A stretch of 64,000 nt of DNA from Mobula hypostoma (Eukaryota). The notes under the pieces were generated by a model. It searched no databases, was not told the origin of the DNA, and saw only the letters and a program-made list of their open reading frames with translations. A program made the translations under genes and the position numbers. The first letter of the stretch is position 1, and each line of letters opens with the position of its first letter. Shown piece by piece: positions 1 to 11,636 of this stretch. Location of the stretch: assembly GCF_963921235.1 (NCBI RefSeq), contig NC_086097.1, positions 99,202,001 to 99,266,000 on the forward strand. Direction: 5' to 3'.

Positions 1-579
1 TTGGAGGAAACAGGGTCTCCAACAAAACACTGATGAAGACGTCTTCTGAAATCCACCTAACCCTGGAAAACATTGACAGATGGGTCAATGGAAACACATA
101 ATTAGTAAAAAAAACTTTAAAAACGAAGCACAATAATTATTCCACAACACTGTACCACAATCCCCGTTCAAGTCAATAGGGTCTTGGATCGTGTGCCATG
201 TCTACCCGGGGAGAGGTAAGCTCCCCCTGTGGAGCTGGGCAAAAGTGCAAACTGTCCAACTTGTCAGCAAGATTGGGGTTCATCACTACATTTGCTAAAA
301 CCATAGGCCTCCTGACATTTTAAACAGCTAATTGTCTCAGAACCGTCAGCATTAGCCTGCAGACTTTGGGAACAAATTACTGGCTAGTGCTCACTGCTAG
401 GTGCTGGAATTTTCCCGCTGAGTACGGCTACAACATTATTGAAGAGTGCTTTATGTGCCCTCGTTGTCCATCATTATTATCTCCCATTCAAGTGAGCAAA
501 GGACAGGACATGATATTTGTTCTAACTCTATATTCAGAGGTTATTCTTTAGAACAGCTATGATGAATGATGATTCTTAC

Positions 580-718
580 CTGAAAAGTTATTAGCTCTTG
601 ATAAATGGTGTCTATATCTTGGACTAAAAAGAGTGCAGCTGCCACCTTCTTCAGGGCGGCCTTCTGTTTATCAAGTTCTTGGAGGAGATTTTGCCAGCAA
701 TCTTCAACATCCTTCTGT
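580..718 (-). CDS. SPTBN5: SPTBN5 coding exon (spectrin repeat); gene continues beyond the left edge
   Basis: 139 nt, (K)QKDVEDCWQNLLQELDKQKAALKKVAAALFLVQDIDTIYQELITFQ; ccctgcag| acceptor and |gtaag donor; phase 2/0 keeps the frame. Not in the ORF track. Confidence 0.88.
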
Positions 719-1109
719 CTGCAGGGAAGCAGAAGATTTCAATTACAGAATTTATATCCCGATTTAACCTCTCTTTTTTTCCACTTTGTCCTGTTACCCC
801 TGGAATACACACATCCTTTCTTATGGACCTAGCACTAGGTGCGCATATTCAATCCTGGTGGAAGACCACAAAGTACATGTTACTGACTGAGAAGAAAATG
901 CCTGAGCTCTGGCCCCCAGATGAAGCAGTCATCCCCTCATCTTGCTGACTACTCCTTGACAGGATGGTGGCGAATCAACTGGCCTCTCAGATCCTGAAAG
1001 AACACAGTTTGATCCACTGAATACACAACCTCCCTCACCCCAACCCAGTCCCTGGACAATTAAAAAGTATATTTAACCCGCCCAGTCACTAATAGGCATT
1101 TGGTTCATT

Positions 1110-1478
1110 TTAACTCCCACTCCTTCTCCTGTTCCATGGACTTCCCTTGTGCCAAGTTGAGGCCACCTTCAAGGTGAAGGAAGTTCTGTCTGGGAACCTT
1201 CAATCTGATGGTATGAATGTTAATTTCTCCTTCCGGTAAAATATTCCACTGTTCCCCACTCTGACCTTTTACTTCTTCTCATCTGCCTATTACTTTTCCC
1301 TGCGTCCCCTCCTCCTTCCCTTTCTCCCATTGTCCACTCTCCTCTCCTGTCAGATTCCTTGTTCTCCAGCCTTCCCTGCCCAGCTGCTTCACCTATCACC
1401 TTCCAGCTAGCCTCTGAATTCAGACAGCTCCCCCTTCCCTCTCTGTCCTGAAGAAGGCTGCAGCCCGAAACGGTGACT
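1110..1478 (+). mobile_element. Penelope-like element 3' fragment (degenerate GIY-YIG C-terminus, pyrimidine-rich pseudo-LTR, hammerhead-like end)
   Basis: Similar to 16366-16791 (gaggccacc...ctgatggtatgaatgtt; gtcctgaagaagg...cccgaaacggtgact). Confidence 0.7.
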
Positions 1479-1481
1479 TAC

Positions 1482-2113
1482 TTCTTCACTACCTCAGCCT
1501 TGCCATGGTAATTCTCTCTCTCAATGACCTGAGCCATTTCAACAAGAGCCTTAAACCTCTGCTCTGTGGCAAACACATCAGTTGTGATGGCCTCCAGTCT
1601 CTTGGTGACAGTCTCCATCTCCTGGGTGGTCTCCACATTGACGTTCTGTTTGGCCAGAACTGATCTCATATGGCCTAGGTAGGCTTCCCTCAGCATGGCC
1701 TTCTTCCTGAACCGCTGCACCAGCTGCTCCAGCCGTTCCAGCCGCAGCATCTCCTTCTGCAGTGCCTTCTCCCTCAGGGCTTCTGCCTTCTCCAGATCAC
1801 CCCAGTGCCTCTCAATGTCACTCAGAGCCATCCCCTCTGGGGGCACATACTGCTGCATATTGTTGGCCCTCTGTTTGGTGCGGATGTTGAAGAGCTGAGC
1901 CTCGATGAGTCCCCGCTCTCGGTACTTGGGCGGTTTCTCCACAGTGCGGAAGGTTTTGAAGTCTGCCATCATTTTCTGCATGCCATTCAGTGAGTTGGGG
2001 AACTGTCGGTTATTCAGCTCCCTGATCTTTCCTTTGATCCAGTGGAGCAGGTCAGACATCAGTAACTGATATTCACGTTTCAGATCATCAATTTCCATCA
2101 GGAGATCCACAAT
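1482..2113 (-). CDS. SPTBN5: SPTBN5 coding exon (first spectrin repeats)
   Basis: 632 nt, IVDLLMEIDDLKREYQ...FKTFRTVEKPPKYRERGLIEAQLFNIRTKQRANN...YVPPEG...ERLEQLVQRFRKKAMLRE; cttag| acceptor and |gtaagt donor; phase 0/2. Confidence 0.93.
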
Positions 2114-3259
2114 CTAAGCATGGAAGGGAAACCAGAATTGTCCCAAGTTAACTCATTAATTTATTAAATGCAACCTTCTTGTGCGGGTGTAACACCACAA
2201 GTCATTAGCTCAAAAGGATCTACAACAGATCCCCAAGTCTGCTCATTTAGCAGGTTGGAAAACCTCAGAGAATTCAGCAACAGGCTACCCAGTGATTAAA
2301 ACTCACTGACATAGCATGTCGGAAGTCTAGAAGCCTCGGAGCTAGCAACTTTACAATTAATGGTCGGGCATTTACGGAGTTCAGCAAACAAAAACAAAAC
2401 ATTGCCATTCAGAACTCATCCAACACATTGCGAGCCTGAAATTAATTACAGCCTCAGTATCTCAAAGCTCTCCCTATAACTAAAGGCACTCATCCCTGTT
2501 AACATACTCATGTCTGTCTTCCTGGGGGTGGTAACAGTTCTAATGCTAGGATGTTGTAAATCAATGCAATATTTCAACTGCTAGAACAATTAAAGAGGGA
2601 AGAGGTTCATTCATAAAAATTCCACAGAACTGGGGTGAATGCTCAAAATTATTACTTCCTCCATGTATTCACAAAGAAAATAAAGTATTTGCACTTGTTA
2701 CCACTTCAGGATGTTCAGAATATTTCATAGCTGATGAAATATAAGACCAAAAGACATTGGAGCAGAATTAGGCCATTCGGCCCCTCGTGTCTGCTATGCC
2801 ATTTCATCACGGCTGATTTATTATCCCTCTCAACCCCATCCTCCTGCCTTCTCCCCGTAACCTCTGACACCCTCATTATGTAAAAGCCACCATCCTCTCA
2901 TGAGAAATACTGCTCCCAAGTTACACACTATCCCACAAATAACACCAAAATAAATGACCAAGTTGTTTTACTGATATCAGCTGAATCAGGAGCATTGGCT
3001 TCTGAACACAGAGGCTTCTGCTCTTTAAATAGTCTGATGGATTCCACCAAAGATTGCAGATGGGATCCCAGTTAGCCTCAACTAAATTATTCTGAATATG
3101 CCAACTAAAGCAAGTACCCCGGTTTTCCAAACATATATTTTGTCCGCATCAGGAGAGATGTCTCAACAGGAGTGACAACATGGAACAATGCAACTAAAGA
3201 TTCTTGCTGAAGTAAAATCTTACGAGTAAAAGATTAAATTGTAGGATTATTTGGATTAC

Positions 3260-3488
3260 CTTTATAACTCTTTTCTGTCCAGTTTGTCCTTGCCTCATTT
3301 TTGAGAAGTGATGGTAATACTGAGATACGTAGGTCATAATGGATCTCTCGTCTGGATGAGGGACTGCAACGTCCTCAGCATCTAGGAGTGTGGAAATGCC
3401 CAGTGCATTCTCCGCGACGTTGAAGGCATTATTTAGATTATGTATTGGGTTGTCCTCTTTCAGACGTTCGTAAGCTATCAGATCGGGT
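3260..3488 (-). CDS. SPTBN5: SPTBN5 coding exon (end of CH2)
   Basis: 229 nt, (R)PDLIAYERLKEDNPIHNLNNAFNVAE...LLDAEDVAVPHPDERSIMTYVSQYYHHFSKMRQGQTGQKRVIK; ttgcag| acceptor and |gtaat donor; phase 2/0 matches its neighbours. Confidence 0.93.
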
Positions 3489-4689
3489 CTGCAAATTATA
3501 CCAAGAAAGTAATACCAGGCAAGTAATGAATCTAACCAACTCAGCAATTAGCATTTACTTTTTAAATTCACAGGAAAATTCATGAGTTTAATTCACATTT
3601 AGACACTTGTTTTTCTGTTGAAGACCTCAACCCTCAAGCAACTGATCCTTGCTGTGTATAGAACTTCGCTGCCCTCTGCTAACCAATCTAAGTGTTACGT
3701 ACTCCGTAACTGGGTTGCCAAACCAGCAGAAATGGATCACTCAGTTGGAGTCTGGATTACTAGAACTAAGAAAGTTTTATTAAAGAAACAAGCAACACAG
3801 TACTCTAATCGAAAGGATAATAAATGCAACAGTTCAGCAATGATAAACACACATGTACACAGAATTAAGATAACAGGATCAATCAAGCTCTATCGTTGTC
3901 TAGGGGTAAATGACCAGTTTTAAAGTGACGCAAAGTTCAGTTCAATTTAGTTCAGTTCAGTTTGCAGTAATCGTTGCCGTGGCGATGGACAGTGTGGGGG
4001 GAAGGAGAGAGAGAGCAAAACAAATGAATATTCAAGGCTTCCACACAGACCTTCGCAGTCAGCTTTCGGGCGAGTCCTTTGTGATGTCATCTGAGGTCAC
4101 CGACCGTGACCCCTCCGTTTCCAGATACGATCGTTTCCCTGCGGTGAACCTGGCACCCAGGCAAGGGTGGGCACCCACCAGGTTCCCGCCGATCGTGCCT
4201 TTCCACCCTGTGCGTTTATGGCCTGGTCCCGCAACCGGCCTTCCAAAACTTCCCACCGACTTGTGAGAGACGCACCGCTTCCAGGGTCTTGTTACCTCGG
4301 GTGTCATGTGTGTCCTGCCTTAGCGAACCTGTCCCTTTTTATCCCCCTGCTGGGGTATCACCTGTCCATCACTTCAAACAGTTCAGGGTTCAAAGGGGGA
4401 GCCGATCTTGACAGCTCTCCTTTCCCTTCATTAACATCTCCAAATACTGCTCCATTGTTTTCCTTATCTCTCTCTCTCCTGAAGACAGGTGGCAGACCAA
4501 CTGCTGATCCCACTGGTGCCAGCACAGGACAGCTACATCTTAATCTATGTGTATTCTTGTCACACTTCCCCCCTTTAAGGATTTTTACTGGGGGTAAAAA
4601 TTACAAACATGAATACATTATTTGATACACACATAAATATACATCTTCATCAGCTATTTGGCTAATACAGCGAGTTTGAAGTTGTCAAA

Positions 4690-5696
4690 ACCTGACAGAC
4701 AGTCAGCAATCACATTTTCTGTTCCTTTTATATGTGTTATTAATAATCCCTTAGACCAGGCTCCAACTTAGCAAACTTCATAGTGGCCAAAAACACTGAT
4801 GTATTGCGAACAATGTAACCTCTCATTGGGTTTTGTCCCGGACCACAATAACAAGGGTCGTCCCATTCCGACTTAGTTTTCTCTCGCAAGGGCTTAGTAG
4901 GAGGGGGAGGGGTAGTAACCGCAGAGTTATTGCAAAACTTCCTACAGTACCCCACCTTCTCCAAGAGCCTTCTGAGGGCCCTCTTGTCTGTCAGGGTTGG
5001 GAGGTCAGCGATAGCCTGCACTGTAGCTTGCATCGCTGCCAGCTGCCCCTGTGTCACCACAATTCCCAGATAAGTGACTTTCGTGTGGCCGAACTCATTT
5101 TTTTCAAGGTTCACTATCAAGCTGGCTTCAGACAGCCGTATTACATCGCCAATACACACCTCTGTGTTCGTCAGCCCTTTCATCACCGAATTACTCATTC
5201 TATATGATTGTTGCTCGCTAGGCTGGCCTAGTGTAACAGACACCACCCAACGTCCCAGTTCTTTGCATTGCCTCGGGACAATCAAACACACGTGTGCGAG
5301 TCGTTTAATTACTTCTCCTAAAGAGTCGCTTTGTTCGGGGATTAAGGGAGAGACTTTATCAGCAAAGCTGGCCAAAACAATAGCCTTCTCCCATCTGGTC
5401 GATACTATACTCATCTTTTCAAAATGGTTTTTTTCTCTTATCAGGGGAACCCTAGCTTCATTGATTTCTGCGCTAACACCGACTAGGTTTGTTAGCATAT
5501 CAAAAGCCTGTGACCGTCTCAGTTTGCGTCGGCCATAATCAATAACATCCTTCCTCCTGGGCACCCGGTAAACCTCTTTCATGATTCTACCAACTGTTTC
5601 CTCCAGCACCGCAAAATGTCCACCGGGGGGTACCTTGTGGGCCAGGTTAAAAATCTCATCCCCATAACCCTTTTGCACCACCCCCCCATTCCTCAT
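4690..5696 (-). pseudogene. Collapsed pol remnant (IN Zn-finger start, RT C-terminal part, RNase H end)
   Basis: EIFNLAHKVPPGGHF resembles the integrase HH motif. VNLEKNEFGHTKVTYLG...KRALRRLLEKVGYCRKFC is RT thumb/connection. ITHIKGTENVIADCLS near 4740-4693 is the RNase H end. No intact YxDD. Confidence 0.75.
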
Positions 5697-7110
5697 CTGC
5701 GGGTACTGTACTTGGTTTCCCTTCCTTCCTTAGCAGTCTGGGTCTCTAATACGCTCTTCAGTATTAGTGACTGACACGCTCCCGTGTCTCTCCAGATACG
5801 CACTGGAACTGGTTTTAACCCCTCCTTCACCGACACCAATCCGGCCGAGATAAACCTCTCGCGCCCTTCCTGAACTTTGGCAGACCTGTCCTTCCCTAGC
5901 GGTTCATTTACCAGCTCGATACAGCCAGTCAAAATCGCCATTTTTCCTTTTCCCGTCTCCTTCTTTGGGGCAAAGCACCTGGACGCAAAGTGTCCAACTT
6001 TCCCACAATTATAACAGATGACCCCAGGAGACTTCCTACCAGACTGCTTCCGGTCTACGTTATCCTTCTCACTAGTCCCCGGCTTACTTTCTGACTTTTC
6101 CGGCGGCCTCTCCCCGTCGTCCTGACTACCCTTCTGGTAGCCTTTACTCGGGGAAAACTTCATTTTATGCGTCAACGCATACCCATCCACTAACTTAGCA
6201 GTTGCGGCTAACGTGGCTGCCTCTTTCTCATCTAGGTAGGGTCTCATACCCTCAGGGACACAACCTTTAAACTGCTCAATCAGGATCAGCTGTAGCAGTC
6301 TGTCATAATCCCCCTCTACCCCCTTGGAGGCGCACCAACGCTCACAATATGTCTGCATCTCACGGGCAAACTCTAAATACGTGCGGTCCCACTGCTTCCT
6401 CGCATTCCGGAACCTCTGCCGGTATGCCTCCGGGACCAACTCATAAATCCTGAGGATGGCCTCTTTCACCATCTCGTACCTCTGGGCATCTTCCGCGGAC
6501 AAAGCTGAGTAAGCTTGTTGGGTTTTCCCTTTCAGTACACTCTGAAGCAAAACAGCCCACTTATCCCTCGGCCAGTCCTGACTTGTAGCAACTTTTTCGT
6601 AATGGAGAAAGTACCGATCCACGTCGATATCATCAAATGGGGGAACCAGCCTAACCTCCTGGGTCGCCCGGAACCCTCCACCTTGGTTCGGCACAGGCCC
6701 CTGCTCTACCCTTATCTTTAACTTCTCCAGCTCGAATTCCCTTTCCCTCTGTTTCTCCTCTCGCTCCAACTGTCTCTCTCTCTCTCTTCTCGCTCCAACT
6801 GTCTGTCCCTCTCTTTCCCTTCTCGCTCCAACTGCCGTACCCAGAACTCGTGCTCGAGTCTCAGTTTTTCAAGCTGCACCTGTACCGCGTCTCCAGCAGG
6901 TTTTTCAATAGACACCACCTCCAGCTCGCCTTGGGGAAACACACCTTTAGATACATAGTGCTCTACAATAGCTCTGTGTATCTCCTCTCTCCTCATTGTC
7001 GACTTCCCCTTAGCAAGATTCAACCGTTTGGCCACAGCTACCAATTCCGATTTCCTGGCATCCTCTAATGCCTCCAAGGTCGGCACCTTTATAAATTCCT
7101 CAGCCTCCAT
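5693..7110 (-). pseudogene. Gag (coiled-coil, SCAN-like capsid, CCHC knuckle) plus protease start of the Gmr1-like element; one frameshift
   Basis: ORFs 6718-7110 and 5693-6769 join across a (GA)n tract. Motifs PEAYRQRFR...LLQLILIEQF, CYNCGKVGHFASRC and RDTGA. Confidence 0.85.
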
Positions 7111-8734
7111 TTCTGCTGTTTGTCTTTTCTTTCTTTCGGGAATTTTGACCCAATCAATTTACTCCGTCCCAAATTTAGCGTACAAAATCCCGGACGAGCC
7201 CCCACTTATGTTACGTACCCCATAACTGGGTTGCCAAACCAGCAGAAATGGATCACTCAGTTGGAGTCTGGATTACTAGAACTAAGAAAGTTTTATTAAA
7301 GAAACAAGCAATACAATACTCTAATCGAAAGGATAATAAATGCAACAGTTCAGCAATGATAAACACACATGTACACAGAATTAAGATAACAGGATCAATC
7401 AAGCTCTATCGTTGTCTAGGGGTAAATGACCAGTTTCAAAGTGACGCAAAGTTCAGTTCAATTTAGTTCAGTTCAGTTCACCGTAATCACTGCTGTGGGA
7501 GATGGACAGTGTGGGGGAAGGAGAGAGAGAGCAAAACGAATGAATATTCAAGGCTTCCACACACAGACCTTCGCAGTCAGCTTTCGGGCGAGTCCTTTGT
7601 GATGTCATCTGAGGTCACTGACCGTGACCCCTCCATTTCCAGATACGATCGTTTCCCTGCGGTGAACCTGGCACCCAGGCAAGGGTGGGCACCCACCAGG
7701 TTCCCGCCAATCGTGCCTTTCCACCCTGTGCGTTTATGGCCCGATACTTCCCACCAACTTGTGAGAGACTCACCGTTTCCAGGGTCTCGTTACCTCAGGT
7801 GTCGTTTGTGTTGTCTTAGCGAACCTGTCCCTTTTTATCTCCCTGCTGGGGTATCGCCTGTCCATCACTTCAAACAGTTCAGGGTTCAAAGGGGGGGCCG
7901 AACTTGACAGCTCTCCTTCCCCTTCATTAACATCTCCAAATACTGCTCCATTGTTTTCCTTATCTCTCTCTCTCCTGAAGACAGGTGGCAGACCAACTGC
8001 TGATCCCACTGGTGCCAGCACAGGACAGCTACATCTTAATCTATGTGTATTCTTGTCACATAAGCAACTATTCTCCGTAAGACCACAAGACCACAAGGTA
8101 TAGCAGCAGAATTAGGCCATCTGGCCCATCGAGTCTACTCCGCCATTTCATCATGCCTGATTCATTTCCCTCTCAGCCCCAGTCTCCGGCCTTCTCTGTG
8201 TGATTATGTGTGAGCTGGTATGTGATTGAATCTGCATGAGTGTGTGTAAACGAAAGAGAGACCAAGCATGTACGTGTGAGTGTGAGTGTGTGACTGACAG
8301 GGCCAAGCTAGATGTTGGACCTGACCTGGGATGTGCCCATGTGTCTGACAGACCCTGGGTGCGTGAGCATCAGAATGGCACCAGCCTAGGAAACCATTTG
8401 CACTGGGTCTCTAGCAGAGCAGCTAGCTCCACCCCTCAGACCTTCTTCCTTAGCACTGCACGTGCTTTCACTGCTGTTCTCACAATGGCCTCTACCACAT
8501 ACGCTGACCACACACACTGTGAAAAAGTAAAAATAGTTCTTCCTCTCTTCCCTTTAATACTTGTGACCTCTCACCCTTGATGGCTCAACCGGCAGGAACA
8601 GCCTCCCACTATCCATTCTACCCAGACATCTCTTCATTTCATATCCTCACCCTTCTCTTCTTTAAAGAAAACAGTCTCAGTTTTTCTAATCCAACCTGAT
8701 CTCTCACATCAGGGACCATATCTATAAATTTGGG

Positions 8735-9012
8735 TGCCACAGAGGTGTGGCAGTTAGCGTGATGCTATTACAGCTGGGGGCATTGGAGTTCAATTCTGGT
8801 GCCATCTGTAAGGAGTTTGTACGTTCTCCCCGTGACCGCATGGATTTCCTCCAGGTGCTCCGGTTTCTTCCCACAATCCAAAAATGTACCGGTAAGTACA
8901 GTAGGTTAATTGGTCATTGTAAGCCGTCCTGTGATTAGGCTAGGGTTAAATAGGTGAGGTGCTGGATGGCGTGTCTCATTGGGTCAGCGGGCCTGTATCT
9001 CTAAATGAAATA
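8735..9012 (+). mobile_element. tRNA-derived V-SINE (HE1-like)
   Basis: A/B-box-like head (gtggcagttagcg...ggagttcaattc) and V-domain gtttgtacgttctccccgtgaccgc...tgctccggtttcttcccaca. Related copies at ~12225-12400, ~36050-36355 (-) and ~48600-48830. Confidence 0.7.
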
Positions 9013-9546
9013 AAACTCCGCTGGACTCTTTACCCTGCAATGAGTTGATCAGAACTGAACACAGGTATTCCATCTGAGGCAAGGCCAATGTGGTTTTACA
9101 CTCTCTGCCTCGGTTGATAAAACTCGGAATTATGCATACCCTATTGCTTTCTCAGCCTCCCCTGCCACTTTTAATGATGTGTACCTGCAGCCCTAGATTA
9201 CACTGCTCCTGATCTCTTTCTTTGAGAAAAGTATCCTTAATTCTATATTACCTCCTGCTATTTTCCTACCACAATGTACACCTCACCTTTTTGCCGCACT
9301 AATCTTCATCTGCCATAGGCCTTCCCACTAACTGCCCTCCCCTCATGGTTTGCAATACTTACAAGGTTTATGTTAGCTGCACCCCAGCTCGAGGTTATTA
9401 TTATAGAGAAAAGCAATGGCTTTAGTAGTAACCCCTGGGGAGATCCTCTACTTATGTTCCTATAGTGCAGAAGACAATCATTCATCAAAGTTCTCTGATG
9501 TTTATTAATCAGCTCAGCCTCATTTCTAAGGTATCAATATCCCTTT

Positions 9547-10078
9547 TGTGAACTATGCCTGTGTTTGACTAAACCTGGCTGCATAACTATGTGCCTGTGT
9601 TTGACTGAGGCTAGATACACGTGTAAATATGAGGAGTTTGTGTGTCCAGCATCCATGAGGGTGGGGCACATGGACACACTGGCGTACAAGTCACCTTGGA
9701 TTTGCTTGTGTAAGAGGAGAGAAAGAAAGCATATTGTCTGAAAACCACAAGTATTTAGTTCTTTGCTAGGCCAGAAGCCCTGAAACATGCCAGGAATACA
9801 AAGGTTTGGAGTTCCATTCCTCCCCTTGAACTTGGACTTCATGCTCTGCCAAAGGTGGAAAGCTCTTGCTTGTACAATGTGTCTTTGTAATGAGTTCTTC
9901 CAGCCTGTGTGGGCTGCGGAAGAGCATTGGGCGTTGAGATTTTTAAAGCACCTGGGTTGGTTAATTGTTGTTTGACAAGTTATCAATCATTTAGATTTCT
10001 CGAGCGACTCACTGTGTGTAATGTGGTCTCCTCGTGCCTTCTGTTTAACCTTATTAAATTTATTCTGATAGGCTCACA
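9547..10078. repeat. Possible solo LTR (TGTGA...TCACA), perhaps nested in another LTR-like fragment ending near 10290
   Basis: Short terminal inverted TGTGA/TCACA, internal direct repeat tgcctgtgtttgact, and ATTAAA near the right end. No clean TSD. Confidence 0.3.
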
Positions 10079-10394
10079 TATTCCGTGCTACTTGTGTTAT
10101 TTAAGTGGATGCCCGATTAGCGCTAATCGTGGGGCCCTAGTTTTGAGAATGTTCCTTCTTGTGGTATCACTCAGCCAAGCCACTGATGTTCTTTTGGAAT
10201 TATTATGAATAAACTCTGGTCATTCTCTCTACACTGCAGCCTGTCTTTCCTCCGTACTTGGGTTCCAATATTGCTAGCACACACCATGACAGTACTCCTA
10301 TGTGAGCACATGGAAATCCAAAGGATGTCATGATAAATGATGGGTCATCTGGACCTAATATAGGAAGTCATTCCTGCCTGTGGCCATCAAACTT

Positions 10395-10600
10395 TACAAC
10401 TCCTCCCTTGGAGGGTCAGACACCCTGAGCCAATAGGCTGGTCCTGGACTTATTTCCTGGAATAATTTACATATTACTATCTAACTATTTATGGTTTTAT
10501 TACTATTTATTATTTATGGTGCAACTGTAACAAAAACCAGTTTCCCCCCGGGATCAATAAAGTATGACTATGACTATGACTATGACTGTGACTGTGACTA
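10395..10600 (+). mobile_element. 3' end of a non-LTR retroelement with an (ATGACT)n tail (Rex1/Babar-like)
   Basis: gggatcaataaagt followed by tandem atgact/gtgact repeats. Confidence 0.5.
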
Positions 10601-11478
10601 ACTGTCAGTCGGACCATCCCTTGCTCACCCATGTGCTGAACTGCCTGAGATTATGTCCCTATTATTTTTCCACTGTGGGCATTTTCATTGTTATGGACTA
10701 GTCAGCATATTACCAACTCTCCTGTCCGAGTTCCGTAATCAAGTTTTCAAAAGTTAATTAGTTCCAAAATTGATTTACTATAAACTTCACTATGGATAAC
10801 GTGAGAGCACTATCTGTGGAATAAGTAATGCTACAGCCTGTTTCATTCAGTCAGTTTCATAACCCAATGTGGTCCTACTTCATTTCCCCATTGGTATTCA
10901 CTTTGCTGTTTCAGTCTGCTCTGTATAAAAGTGCTTTTACTGTCACCATTCAGGGAACCATCAAAACTACATAATAAAAAGGGACTTTTAAAAAAAGGCA
11001 TCAGAGTTAGTCAGTAACAGCATTTGGTATTATGGTACTCAGCTCAGTGTGCTTTGGGGTTTCTGAATACACATTCCTCAGATGGGATGGCATGGATGTG
11101 ACTGTCCACTTCCAGTGTCCTGAGTGACAATGTGGTTCATCTATAACAGTTCTGTTATTCTTTCATGCTTCCCAGCACTTACCAAGCAAAATTATTCATA
11201 AATTATTCGGTAGTGGATATTACCAAAGTCAAACCCAGCAGATCATGAGCTATTGAAGACAGAATTCCAACTAACTCTCCCCTTCATATGTGGTGGAAGC
11301 AAAAGATTATTGCGGTAATTCTTGCTCACTATGTCTTCTGACAAGGAGGGTAAAGTGATCCTCAAAACACTATCAATAATCCAAAAGGAAAACCCAATGC
11401 TCTTCTGTCTAATAACTTGCCCATTTCTTGTAGAGTATGTTATTTTCATGTCCCAATAACTGAAGTGTTTGTTGTTAC

Positions 11479-11636
11479 CTGTGTGCATGAATGATTCCAT
11501 TGAAGGCCAATCCATCATTCCAGCTTGATGAGAAGTTTTGAATGGCCACATTGTTATACCCAGCAGTCTTTCGCTGACACCAGATCAGCAGAGCTTCCTT
11601 GGCAGAACGCTTGGCACTGCTGACGTCATACTCATC
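11479..11636 (-). CDS. SPTBN5: SPTBN5 coding exon (start of CH2)
   Basis: 158 nt, [52 protein letters not shown](R); ctgtgctag| acceptor and |gtaac donor; phase 0/2. This frame is not in the ORF track. Confidence 0.93.

Larger units (their letters stand above)
3693..8060 (-). mobile_element. Gmr1-like Ty3/Gypsy LTR retrotransposon, internally deleted (non-autonomous)
   Basis: TG...CA LTRs at 3693-4564 and 7209-8060; 4-bp TSD TAAG on both sides. PBS TGGGGGCTCGTCCGGGAT (tRNA-Pro) at 7204-7187; PPT aaaggggggaag at 4576-4565. Gag has SCAN-like and CCHC motifs, followed by RDTGA protease and IN-RT-RH remnants in that order. Confidence 0.93.

Noticed and set aside
13..57. Hammerhead-like core CUGAUGA-AGA...UCU-GAAA with an upstream GUC
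   Set aside because: Stem I cannot form (UCCAACAAAACA is unpaired) and there is no Penelope context; probably chance.
3194..3547. ORF-track proteins 3194-3547, 17389-17619 and 17873-18292 as stand-alone genes
   Set aside because: Each is a spectrin exon with read-through into intron sequence; the splice sites define shorter exons.
3618..4625. Duplicated small ORFs (MDHSVGVW..., ...LRSQLSGESF...) at 3.6-4.6 kb and 7.2-8.1 kb as a gene pair
   Set aside because: They are incidental frames in the two LTRs.
7187..7204. Gammaretrovirus-like ERV suggested by the MLV-type tRNA-Pro PBS
   Set aside because: No env; the SCAN-gag and integrase-before-RT order indicate a Gmr1-like Gypsy element.
10114..10129. 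Perfect 16-bp palindrome CGATTAGCGCTAATCG
   Set aside because: Single occurrence within LTR-like debris, with no supporting context for a function.
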